The notes under the pieces: generated by a model
Databases searched by the model: none
Told to the model about the DNA's origin: nothing
The model's input: only the letters and a program-made list of their open reading frames with translations
Virus record (IMG/VR): IMGVR_UViG_3300025120_000177
Span: 1 to 38,930 of that record
Length of the DNA stretch: 38,930 bases
Reading direction: 5' to 3' (one strand)
Origin: a virus
Lineage: Duplodnaviria > Caudoviricetes
Position numbers and translations under genes: made by a program
Shown: positions 19,172-27,171 of the stretch, in pieces
Layout: each line of letters starts with the position of its first letter
Position numbering within the stretch: position 1 is the stretch's first letter

Positions 19172-19593
19172 TGTGTAATTCCCTCAAGACCTTCGAGATC
19201 GAACATTCTACTAGCAGGAATGTTGGTTAATTCTGCGTAGACTTGAATCTCGCCTGTTTGACTATTTGCAACAGGTGAAAAGAAAACTTCTTTACACTTT
19301 AGTTCGAACTCAACTTGCGCACCTGCGAGGATAACGAAAAAATTATCATTAGTGGTTGCGCCTTGAGTAAAACCAAATGTTGAACCAACAGTTAGGTCAA
19401 ATGGTGCAAAATGCATTCTAACAGAATCATTGCTTGTAGACTTTACAACTATCTTCTTTGTAACATTTTGAAATTGAAATCTGAAAGATTCATCTTGTGT
19501 AGCAGGAATTGACGAGCCACTGACGTAAGGTATCCCACTTACTTGATATGCACCAACATGATGTAGTCCTACGCTATAGATATTTGAACTCAT
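19168..19593 (-). CDS. Small putative virion structural protein
   Basis: 141 aa; YSVGLHHVGAYQVSGIPY...ELTNIPASRMFDL; first gene after a late motif. Confidence 0.6.
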   Translation of the reverse strand: MSSNIYSVGLHHVGAYQVSGIPYVSGSSIPATQDESFRFQFQNVTKKIVVKSTSNDSVRMHFAPFDLTVGSTFGFTQGATTNDNFFVILAGAQVEFELKCKEVFFSPVANSQTGEIQVYAELTNIPASRMFDLEGLEGITQ

Positions 19594-19615
19594 AATTTTT
19601 CCCTCTCTTTAGGAC

Positions 19616-19623
19616 TAAATAGT
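19616..19623 (-). promoter_or_regulatory. Putative late promoter motif ACTATTTA
   Basis: Exact copy overlapping the bS21 stop codon, about 22 nt upstream of ATG at 19593. Confidence 0.65.
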
Positions 19624-19817
19624 TATTGCTTCTTCTTCTTGAGACGCGCTCTCCATTTTTTACGAGCAAGACGTTTTTTCTCCGAATCTGAAGTAAAATG
19701 TCTTTTGTCTCGGACTTCTTGCAGAATGCCAAGCTTTTTACACTTCTTTGTAAATCGTTTAATAAATTTTTCCATGCTCTCGTTTTTGCGAGGTCGCATT
19801 CTATAATTGGTAGCCAT
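19623..19817 (-). CDS. rpsU: Phage-encoded 30S ribosomal protein bS21
   Basis: 64 aa; NESMEKFIKRFTKKCKKLGILQEVRDKRHFTSDSEKKR matches the bS21 pattern E..E..L.RF.....K.G...E.R.R....... Confidence 0.9.
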   Translation of the reverse strand: MATNYRMRPRKNESMEKFIKRFTKKCKKLGILQEVRDKRHFTSDSEKKRLARKKWRARLKKKKQ

Positions 19818-19819
19818 TG

Positions 19820-20245
19820 TTATCCCTTTGCTAATTTTGACCAGAGAGCGGTGTTCATCCCAAATGATGACAAATCAACACCTGGATCATTAGGTGCAAC
19901 ACCATCTAGGGCTTTCGAGCCATGAGGTGATGATGCCGATTTTCCGCTATCTCTGCTTGTAAGTGGGGTCGTCCCCTCAAATAAGTCAACACCATTGAAG
20001 GAGTCTCGACCGATTGAGTCAAGCATCTTGCGACGTGTATCTTTACGCTTCCTTTCTTGGGCTTCGTAATCTACTTGTGGTTGTTGAGATTGAACGGGGT
20101 GGCGGGTTTCAACGATCCGTTGTGACCCAGTTCCTTTCACGACCTCTGAAATGATTCCAGAGAGAACACCTTCTTCAAAGATGACCTCTTTAATGCACTC
20201 CTTAATGAGTGGCTTAAGTGTCTTTTTTAATTCAGCTTTGTTCAT
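19820..20245 (-). CDS. Hypothetical head-associated protein with LKPLIKECIKE N-terminal motif
   Basis: 141 aa; between protease and bS21; N-terminus resembles the LKRIIKEE tag. Confidence 0.6.
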   Translation of the reverse strand: MNKAELKKTLKPLIKECIKEVIFEEGVLSGIISEVVKGTGSQRIVETRHPVQSQQPQVDYEAQERKRKDTRRKMLDSIGRDSFNGVDLFEGTTPLTSRDSGKSASSPHGSKALDGVAPNDPGVDLSSFGMNTALWSKLAKG

Positions 20246-20869
20246 TTAGTCTCCAAGAATCTTTCTAAATAGATTGTCAATGTTATTTTCTTTTTGTTCT
20301 CTCAATTTTGCAGAGAAGCGAGAGGGCTTTTTCGAGCCACTATCAGGATAAACATAAGCATCTGGCGTTGATGGTTCTGATACTATGTCAAAACAGATTA
20401 GCTGAAAATCCTCTTGAACAACTGTTTTGCCCATAGATTCTTGAACAGATCCAAGTCCTCGAGATGAGATCCCGAGTTTGACACCTGCACTGATCAAATC
20501 TTTAAGGATTCTTCCGCTTGGTGTGTCAAGAACTTTAATCTTGCCCATGACATCTTTACCTTCCCACCAGCATTGCGTAACAAGGTGAGATACATTTTTA
20601 AGATTAATAACTGAATCATCTGGATGATCAAGTTCACCGGTTGCTCTGTTATCTTTAATGATTGTCTGGTAATTCGCAATTTCTCGCTTGAGGACTTCCG
20701 ATGGATAGATTCTACCGTTTCCATTTTGCTTTTCAGCAGTTTGAATACGACCGGTGAGATACATTGCCCCGTTTTCGGTAATGTCCCTCTTTTCTCTCTC
20801 AGTTAGTAAATCTTGACACATGCCGTCTGGGCAAAGTGCATGAAATTCTCTTAGCAGTTGTTTTGACAT
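20246..20869 (-). CDS. Prohead core protease (T4 gp21-like)
   Basis: Start reassigned to MSKQLLREF (GGAGA RBS); NGNGRIYP, GELDHP, GISSRGLGS, FDIVSEPSTPDA motifs. Confidence 0.95.
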   Translation of the reverse strand: MSKQLLREFHALCPDGMCQDLLTEREKRDITENGAMYLTGRIQTAEKQNGNGRIYPSEVLKREIANYQTIIKDNRATGELDHPDDSVINLKNVSHLVTQCWWEGKDVMGKIKVLDTPSGRILKDLISAGVKLGISSRGLGSVQESMGKTVVQEDFQLICFDIVSEPSTPDAYVYPDSGSKKPSRFSAKLREQKENNIDNLFRKILGD

Positions 20870-20882
20870 TTGTTTCTCCAAT

Positions 20883-20909
20883 AAAAAAGTGGGCCGGCGC
20901 TACCGGCCC
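20883..20909 (-). terminator. Terminator-like hairpin directly upstream of the protease RBS
   Basis: GGGCCGG-TAGCG-CCGGCCC, all-GC 7-bp stem, followed by ACTTTTTT on the minus strand. Confidence 0.7.
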
Positions 20910-20912
20910 GAG

Positions 20913-20972
20913 CTAGGATCCGCTGCAACAGCGACGGACGGGTTGTAAAACCCAACGCTTAATCACCAACAT
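20913..20972 (-). CDS. 19-aa micropeptide MLVIKRWVLQPVRRCCSGS
   Basis: Not in the ORF track. ATG at 20972 preceded by GGGGGTGAG, overlaps the end of the upstream gene in the +1 frame and fills the gap to the hairpin. Confidence 0.5.
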   Translation of the reverse strand: MLVIKRWVLQPVRRCCSGS

Positions 20973-21288
20973 GCTCACCCCCTGATCTTGATGATAGTCT
21001 TAAGCCGAAATCATCGACCAAGACCGAAATTAAATAAGATGTTCCCGCAGACAAACAGCCAAGCAAGAACGCATTCACGAATGAACGCTCGAAACTAAAT
21101 AGTTCCGTATATGGAGAAAGACACGAAATAAAGACTCCAACCCAGAAACCAACACACAAAGGGCAGTTCCAAAGCGTGTTCCATTTCTTTGTGTAATCTT
21201 TTCTTGGTCTTATGTCTTCGAAAATTTTGCCATAAACAACCATAAATGTCATTCCATAGCAAATTAAAATAAAGTGCAATAAATCCAA
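20959..21288 (-). CDS. Small membrane protein with CxxC motif (DUF1360-like)
   Basis: Start reassigned to TTG at 21288 (GAGG upstream, removes overlap); three hydrophobic segments, WNCPLCVGFWVG. Confidence 0.65.
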   Translation of the reverse strand: MDLLHFILICYGMTFMVVYGKIFEDIRPRKDYTKKWNTLWNCPLCVGFWVGVFISCLSPYTELFSFERSFVNAFLLGCLSAGTSYLISVLVDDFGLRLSSRSGGEHVGD

Positions 21289-21295
21289 CCAAGCC

Positions 21296-21904
21296 TCACT
21301 CGTATGTGTAGCGACCATAGAGGTAGGGCGCAAACAAGTTTCTTTGTCGGATAGATCCCTTTTGATCTTCGTGAGGCACTTCTCCAAGTTCGGTTGAATA
21401 TTCTCCATCCGGATTCGCTAAGTGTTTTTCCATCTCTTCATCGTGACCTTTCAATCGCTTAATGTAAGGCTCTTCGTCCTGCATCCACTCATGGATTGCC
21501 AAAAGTGTAATCTTATTAACATCATGTTCGTTGGCGTCCATCAATTTTCCCTCCATGGATCCATAAATGTTTCCACCTTGGATTGAGGCAAACTCAAGAA
21601 CACCTTTTTTACGAAGGAACTCGAATAGACGAGATTCTGCTCCGTAAACAAAGTCTGAGTTCATTTCTTTTGCAAATGCTGTGACTTTGCGATCATTTTG
21701 ATTTAGGACAATATCGATATCTCTATGTGCGAAGATCATGAGATCTCCGTTGACTGCAGATTTTGCTTGGAGTTCAAACTCGATTCTCTCCTTGTCTACA
21801 ATTTCAATTTTAATAGTAGGCTCAGCCGGAGCTTCTGGCTTGGTTATTTGATTAATCTTGATTTTTATAGGAGGAGTCTCCGCTATTTTAACTTTAATTG
21901 ACAT
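21296..21904 (-). CDS. Hypothetical protein of the head module
   Basis: 202 aa; GGAGGT RBS; tightly packed in the portal-protease interval. Confidence 0.7.
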   Translation of the reverse strand: MSIKVKIAETPPIKIKINQITKPEAPAEPTIKIEIVDKERIEFELQAKSAVNGDLMIFAHRDIDIVLNQNDRKVTAFAKEMNSDFVYGAESRLFEFLRKKGVLEFASIQGGNIYGSMEGKLMDANEHDVNKITLLAIHEWMQDEEPYIKRLKGHDEEMEKHLANPDGEYSTELGEVPHEDQKGSIRQRNLFAPYLYGRYTYE

Positions 21905-22709
21905 TTCGCTTTACCTCCGCCAAAAGATCTTGAATGTAAAAAATTTCCTCAACCATACTTTCTGTCAGTGGTTGAGCTGCATAGCTATCTAGCTTTTCTC
22001 TAACTTTTTTAAAATTATCGGTTAGTGCTTCTTGGTGACCTTTTGTTATTTCAGAGTCTACAGCCTCTTTAAGTCGACCAATTTCTGAATTAAGATAGGA
22101 TTTGAGTCCCAATCCATTATCTGAAAATGATGTGATAAAGCTTGTCAACAACTCTTTTTGCTCGGTGAGGAGTGAGTGCTCATAGGCACTGTTAAAACGT
22201 TTTACGAACATTCCAAACTCAAGACTGTCGAGATGTTTCATTTCGGTCAAAGCCTTTTCTGCTCTAGAAAGGTATCTTACACAATTATCTTCTAACATGA
22301 TTCGCTTCTTAGCAGATAGATTATCTTGCTGGAGGAATATTCCCATGGTTGCCAAGTCTTTGTAGTTTGGAACAAATATTCCAAATGAGTCGGAGCCCAA
22401 CTGCTTGTTGATTCTATTAATAAGTTTTGTTTGTTCATTAAAGACATCTTTACGATTGATTGCATCAAAGTCTTTTTTAGTCTCTAATAGTAGACGACGG
22501 GAGTAATCCACTTGCAATTCTTTAGATTCTAGAAGAGATCGATAGACTCCAAGCTCTTTTGCTAGAATAGTTTCTTTGTTGAAAAACTCTTTTAATATCC
22601 CTTTAGCAACTTGTTGTTGCTCTTTGTTCTCACGAATGACAGATTTTGTTAATGAACGAATCAGGCACTCATAAAGAAAAGCGGTATTTCTTTTCTTATT
22701 ATGTTTCAT
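21894..22709 (-). CDS. Conserved-type hypothetical head assembly protein (MKHNKKRNT N-terminus)
   Basis: 271 aa helical protein downstream of portal; AAGGA RBS; multiple LxE sites. Confidence 0.65.
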   Translation of the reverse strand: MKHNKKRNTAFLYECLIRSLTKSVIRENKEQQQVAKGILKEFFNKETILAKELGVYRSLLESKELQVDYSRRLLLETKKDFDAINRKDVFNEQTKLINRINKQLGSDSFGIFVPNYKDLATMGIFLQQDNLSAKKRIMLEDNCVRYLSRAEKALTEMKHLDSLEFGMFVKRFNSAYEHSLLTEQKELLTSFITSFSDNGLGLKSYLNSEIGRLKEAVDSEITKGHQEALTDNFKKVREKLDSYAAQPLTESMVEEIFYIQDLLAEVKRNVN

Positions 22710-22730
22710 GTCTTTATCCTTTTTTATTGT

Positions 22731-23012
22731 TTAATAATCTTCGCCAAGTTCCCTGACTGCTGCTTCGAATGCATCGACGGATTCTTTATTTGCTTTTTTA
22801 GCAAGGTCTTGAAGACCCTGTGGGTTTAATTCCTTCATCATTGCAAACCACGGATCAACACCGCTGGTGAAGCTCCAATAGCCATTGTCTTCAGCCCAGG
22901 CTTCAATCTCACTTATTGTTTCGTATATGGTCGCCATGTCTTCATTTTCATTTAAAATGTTACCAAGCTCTTCCTTAATTATTCTTTTCAATGTCTCTTT
23001 GTTAAGTTTCAT
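22731..23012 (-). CDS. Small acidic protein with N-terminal MKLNKETLKRIIKEEL tag
   Basis: 93 aa; overlaps the portal stop; shares its N-terminal motif with other ORFs. Confidence 0.75.
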   Translation of the reverse strand: MKLNKETLKRIIKEELGNILNENEDMATIYETISEIEAWAEDNGYWSFTSGVDPWFAMMKELNPQGLQDLAKKANKESVDAFEAAVRELGEDY

Positions 23013-24897
23013 CTTCTTTTCCTTTTTTATTTAATGATTCGAGTAGCGTCTTAATTTCAGCTTCAGATTTAAATAGCTTGCTCTCTTCAAAATCAACAGT
23101 TTCTGTTACTCCACGTACCAAGGAATCCAATCCACCAAATCCGACTTTACCTGGAAATGTTTTTCTTGCGGTTCCAATCTCGCCTGATGCAGTGTTACTC
23201 ATTTGTTTTTTCAACCCGCCTTTCTTGTAAGTTAACTTATGCCTCTTATAAGGGCCTCGAGGTTTAGCATCATCGCTACGTTTGGCTGGAGGTTCTGCCA
23301 TTAAGTCTGGTTCAGAGTCAGAAGCGGGTTCTGCGGCTGGCTTATCATCATTGCCTCCACCACTGTCACTGGCGTCGAATGTGGGTGCTGCTCCCCCACC
23401 GATATCACCAAGCCCTCCACCACCACCGCCTGCAGCGGGTTCTGCTGATTGGCCTGCGGCTTCGAGTTCAGCCATGAACTTCTTATCTGTAAACATCTCG
23501 CGTTGCATTCGTAAATATTCTTCTTGTGAAAGACCGAGCAAGTTTTCGGAGATCCACCGACGGGAGAAGAATCCTTCAGTTGCAGTTCCTGCGATGTCGA
23601 ATTTAGATTTCCAATGTTCCAGTTCTTGCATCTCAGCAATCTTCGACGGATTGTTGAGTTGCAATTTAAAATTCAATAAATCATCATCTCTATAGCCCAT
23701 TGTGTAAAGGTGGACGATGCCAACCTTTTCCAATTCGGAAATAAGAACTCGCTGAAGTCTTTGAATGGTTCTTGCGAACCTGATGTCTTTCTGAGCTAGT
23801 GTCGTCTTGTCCTCTGTTGCGCCTTCCCCCATTGAAAGATAGGATTGCGGAACTTTAAGAGCTGAGAATAATTTGTCTCGAAGATATTTCACGTCTTCGA
23901 TCTGTGCTGTAAATTGACCACCAGGAAGGTTGACAATGTCCGTAGAGGACTGTCCACCTCTGATTGGGATAAAGTAGTCCTCTTCAATTGAAAGAGGGTT
24001 ATAACGTAAATCTACGCGTCCTGTGGTGGGGTCTACAACCTGATGTCTTTTCATTTGGGTCATAACCTTTTGCATGTATTGCTCTACATCTTGGGGCGCA
24101 ATTCCACCCACGTCTATCTTGAACACACGTCGCTCTGGTGACCTTGTAATTCGATAGGCCATCATTGCGTCCTCAAGGAGTGTAAGTTGTCTCCAGATGC
24201 GTCTGGCAGGCTCTAAAACAGATGTCCCATAGGGGGCATGTTTGTCATTTCCTAAAACTCTAAAGTGTGCCATTTGCCAATTCTCAAGAGTCAACGATGC
24301 ATTGTTCCACTGAAACTGCACGTAATTTGGATTAGTAGGATCCTCGCCTTCCAATCTTTCGACTTCTTGCGGAGGGAGACCAATGCAGTTTTGAATGCCC
24401 TTGGTCTCATCAATATCTAGATAAAGAAAGAGGTCTCCGTATTTACACATAGTTCTTGCCCAACCAAAAAGGTTGTGCTCAACATTCATAATATTGTAGT
24501 AAAGATTGTGCAGGATGTATTTAATTTCATCATTCGTGCACTTAATGTGAAGCATTGGAGTTAGTGCTGAGTGAGTTGTCATTTCATCTGCATAAATGTC
24601 TATAGATGAAGCAATCTCTGGTGTAAATTCCATTTGATCGAAATCAATGTAACGCTCTGCTCGGTTTCTGTTTGAGATCATGTTGAGCGTCATGATGTTC
24701 ATTGGGTTATATTCAGTCTTCTTAAACTGTTGACCCGATGCGGACTTGAAACGCTTTGCGTAAATGTCCAAGTGGCGTCGCCGTAGTTGTCGTCCTGATT
24801 GTGTTCGTCGTTGGGTCAAAGGACCCGAGAACATTCTTGTTAAAGCTTTGAATAAATCATTTTGATTATTATTCGGGTTTCTTTCATTGCGAGCCAT
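23002..24897 (-). CDS. Portal protein (T4 gp20-like)
   Basis: 631 aa; PEIASSIDIYADE, PYGTSVLE, LLEDAMMAYRITRSPERRVFKIDVG, EDYFIP, IEDVKYLRDKLFSALKVP. Confidence 0.96.
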   Translation of the reverse strand: MARNERNPNNNQNDLFKALTRMFSGPLTQRRTQSGRQLRRRHLDIYAKRFKSASGQQFKKTEYNPMNIMTLNMISNRNRAERYIDFDQMEFTPEIASSIDIYADEMTTHSALTPMLHIKCTNDEIKYILHNLYYNIMNVEHNLFGWARTMCKYGDLFLYLDIDETKGIQNCIGLPPQEVERLEGEDPTNPNYVQFQWNNASLTLENWQMAHFRVLGNDKHAPYGTSVLEPARRIWRQLTLLEDAMMAYRITRSPERRVFKIDVGGIAPQDVEQYMQKVMTQMKRHQVVDPTTGRVDLRYNPLSIEEDYFIPIRGGQSSTDIVNLPGGQFTAQIEDVKYLRDKLFSALKVPQSYLSMGEGATEDKTTLAQKDIRFARTIQRLQRVLISELEKVGIVHLYTMGYRDDDLLNFKLQLNNPSKIAEMQELEHWKSKFDIAGTATEGFFSRRWISENLLGLSQEEYLRMQREMFTDKKFMAELEAAGQSAEPAAGGGGGGLGDIGGGAAPTFDASDSGGGNDDKPAAEPASDSEPDLMAEPPAKRSDDAKPRGPYKRHKLTYKKGGLKKQMSNTASGEIGTARKTFPGKVGFGGLDSLVRGVTETVDFEESKLFKSEAEIKTLLESLNKKGKEDET

Positions 24898-24900
24898 TTT

Positions 24901-26478
24901 TTATCCTTTGTAGATCCAAAAAAATTCTTTTGATTTTTTGATTTCCTCCTCATGTTTTTCTCTAAACGTTTCGTTATAGAATTTCTGACCTTTAATTTGT
25001 GTGTTCATGGTTGTGGTGCTTTTGAAAACACCTCCAAGCATCGCTTTCTTATATGCCATGTCTCGCTCGTTTTCTGCCAAGGCAGTGTCCCTAACCCAGC
25101 AAGCAATTGCCAAAGACATTACGAGATCATCATTGTAAGAGCGCATTGCTTGAGGCTTGCCATTGAACCAAATGAAAGTCTTCAATTCGTGAAAAACTCT
25201 AGCGGAGTGCATAGTAATTAGTTTGTTTCTGACGTACTCTTCCAATTTAGCCACAATTAAAGGTCTTGTTTTGGTAGATGTGGTAAAACCCATCACCGCT
25301 CTGTCGTCGTTCTCTGCTAAATAGGCTTCGACATATTCGTGAGTTGACTTGATAGAATAATAAAGTTTTTTATAGTTCATCTCTTTGAGTTTTTCCAAAA
25401 CAGCAATTCCGACTCCAACATTTTCCACCACCAACAGACATGTTCCATATTCTATCCCTGCATCATAGAGAATTCTAGAATACATATCCAGGTCTGGTTT
25501 GCCTTGATATTCCGCGACGACAGTCATTGTGTCTACTCGAATGACATGAAAGCAACTAAAGTCTGCACCATCTCCTCGTGCAACATCAGCTGATAAAAGA
25601 TAGGGAACACCTTCTTCAAACTTCTCCCAAATCCAGAAATTTCGATCATAGCCAGTTCGATATTGTGGATCGCGGACCTCAGCGTGGAGTCTTTGTAGAT
25701 CCTCAGGGTTAATTACTGTTTCTCCAGATGCATTAAAGGAACACTCCAACTCCTGAGCTATCTGTCGTTTGGACATGTTATTTGTCTCTTTGTCAAACCA
25801 TGCCTGGTCACGATCAGGGTGGACATCCCAATTTAATTTAGTGGGGAAGAAATCATTGTTTCCCACATCCGCTTCGGTGTAGGTTTTGTGAAACCAGTTT
25901 CCAACGCCGTTAGGGGTGCTTAGAGCGATGCAGCGGCCTCCTGTAGACAAAGTAGGGTAGAGACCCGTCCAAAGCTCGTCGAGGCCGTCAACGAAGGCTG
26001 CTTCGTCTATAATGAGCAATGACAATGCTTCCGAACGACCAGCGTCGCCTGATGTCGTCCCAGCTTTTACTTGAGATCCATTTGTCAATTCAAACGACTG
26101 TTTGTTGTCAGTCTGGATCTTTGCAATCAACATCCAAGACGGAAGATTCTTGAAGATCATTTTGACCTTCTTTACGAGGTTTGTTGCCGTGGATAGTTTG
26201 GTTGCGATAACGAGAACGTTCTTTTCTCGATGAAACAGCATGAACCATGCAACATAAGCAGCAGAGATCGTCGAGATCCCCAGCTGTCTTGCTTTTAATA
26301 TAACGTTAAAACGGTAGTCGTTAAAGTTTTGTAACATCTCCTTTTGGTAGTCATAAGTCTTGAACGGAATTTGACCATGCATCGGGTGAGAGATCTTACA
26401 ATAGTTGTCGATGAAGTATTGAGGATCTTTCCCACATCTCACAAGTTCTTTAACAATTTCACTCTTAGTGAGTTTCAT
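24901..26478 (-). CDS. Terminase large subunit (T4 gp17-like)
   Basis: 525 aa; KARQLGIST Walker A, LLIIDEAAF Walker B, STPNG coupling motif, nuclease SADVARG and DDLVMSLAIA. Confidence 0.96.
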   Translation of the reverse strand: MKLTKSEIVKELVRCGKDPQYFIDNYCKISHPMHGQIPFKTYDYQKEMLQNFNDYRFNVILKARQLGISTISAAYVAWFMLFHREKNVLVIATKLSTATNLVKKVKMIFKNLPSWMLIAKIQTDNKQSFELTNGSQVKAGTTSGDAGRSEALSLLIIDEAAFVDGLDELWTGLYPTLSTGGRCIALSTPNGVGNWFHKTYTEADVGNNDFFPTKLNWDVHPDRDQAWFDKETNNMSKRQIAQELECSFNASGETVINPEDLQRLHAEVRDPQYRTGYDRNFWIWEKFEEGVPYLLSADVARGDGADFSCFHVIRVDTMTVVAEYQGKPDLDMYSRILYDAGIEYGTCLLVVENVGVGIAVLEKLKEMNYKKLYYSIKSTHEYVEAYLAENDDRAVMGFTTSTKTRPLIVAKLEEYVRNKLITMHSARVFHELKTFIWFNGKPQAMRSYNDDLVMSLAIACWVRDTALAENERDMAYKKAMLGGVFKSTTTMNTQIKGQKFYNETFREKHEEEIKKSKEFFWIYKG

Positions 26479-26490
26479 TTACCCCTCAAT

Positions 26491-26982
26491 TCATTGTGAT
26501 TTCTTGCCGACTTGATTGGCAGCTAGTGCAATTGCCAAAGCGGCTACTACAGAACCAGCCATTGTTGCACCACCCATTCCTAAGGCGGTAAGTGCTGGAT
26601 CTATGTATGGCGCGAGCACATCCATCAGTTGCTTTCCTGCTTCTGAGTTTATGACCATGCTAGCAAGAATTGGTGATGACATCATCGTTGCTCCTGCAAC
26701 ACCAGCCCCTGCAACCTTGGCAGCGACGCTTCCGTCTTCCGGTCCATAAAGGCCTCCGCCATCGTCATATTGTTCATTCATTTGTTGTGCTTGGTTGAGA
26801 ACAGCTTGTAGTGCAGCAGCGACTTCTGGTTTGGCAGAGAGAGCGGCAAACACTGCATCAGCCTTTGGGCTGTTTAGCATCTCTTTCGCTTCCTCAGCAG
26901 ATTGCTCCGCTTGCTGTTCGAGCATTAGATGGTTGAGTTCTTCTTTGATGATTCGTTTGAGTTGGACGCTTGTAAGATTCAT
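26491..26982 (-). CDS. Protein with N-terminal LKRIIKEEL tag and C-terminal hydrophobic Gly/Ala-rich helices
   Basis: 163 aa; MNLTSVQLKRIIKEELNHLMLE; hydrophobic VAGAGVAGATMM and SVVAALAIALAA segments. Confidence 0.7.
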   Translation of the reverse strand: MNLTSVQLKRIIKEELNHLMLEQQAEQSAEEAKEMLNSPKADAVFAALSAKPEVAAALQAVLNQAQQMNEQYDDGGGLYGPEDGSVAAKVAGAGVAGATMMSSPILASMVINSEAGKQLMDVLAPYIDPALTALGMGGATMAGSVVAALAIALAANQVGKKSQ

Positions 26983-27167
26983 TTACTTAAATCCTTTATT
27001 AGAGCTCTCAATAACGGTAGTGCATCATTGGCAGACTTATATCTACCCGAGAGACTAATCAACAAGTTTTTGCATGCTTCTAGCATCTCAACATCTGATG
27101 ATGCTGAGGGTTCATTTTCTAACTCTTCTTTAATGATTTGCTTTAGTGTTTCTTTTGAAAGTTTCAC
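26979..27167 (-). CDS. Small protein with N-terminal MKLSKETLKQIIKEEL tag
   Basis: Start reassigned to GTG at 27167 (GAGGA RBS), which puts the shared motif exactly at the N-terminus; 62 aa. Confidence 0.7.
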   Translation of the reverse strand: MKLSKETLKQIIKEELENEPSASSDVEMLEACKNLLISLSGRYKSANDALPLLRALIKDLSK

Positions 27168-27171
27168 TTGC

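Noticed and set aside
20883-20915. TAG followed by a hairpin as a recoding (Pyl/Sec-like) signal into the protease
   Set aside because: Read-through would not be in frame with the protease, and the hairpin plus T-run fits a terminator.
26461-26478. Terminase N-terminus MKLTKSEIVKEL as another copy of the targeting tag
   Set aside because: Lacks the LKRIIKEE core and matches the ordinary N-terminal helix of gp17-like terminases.
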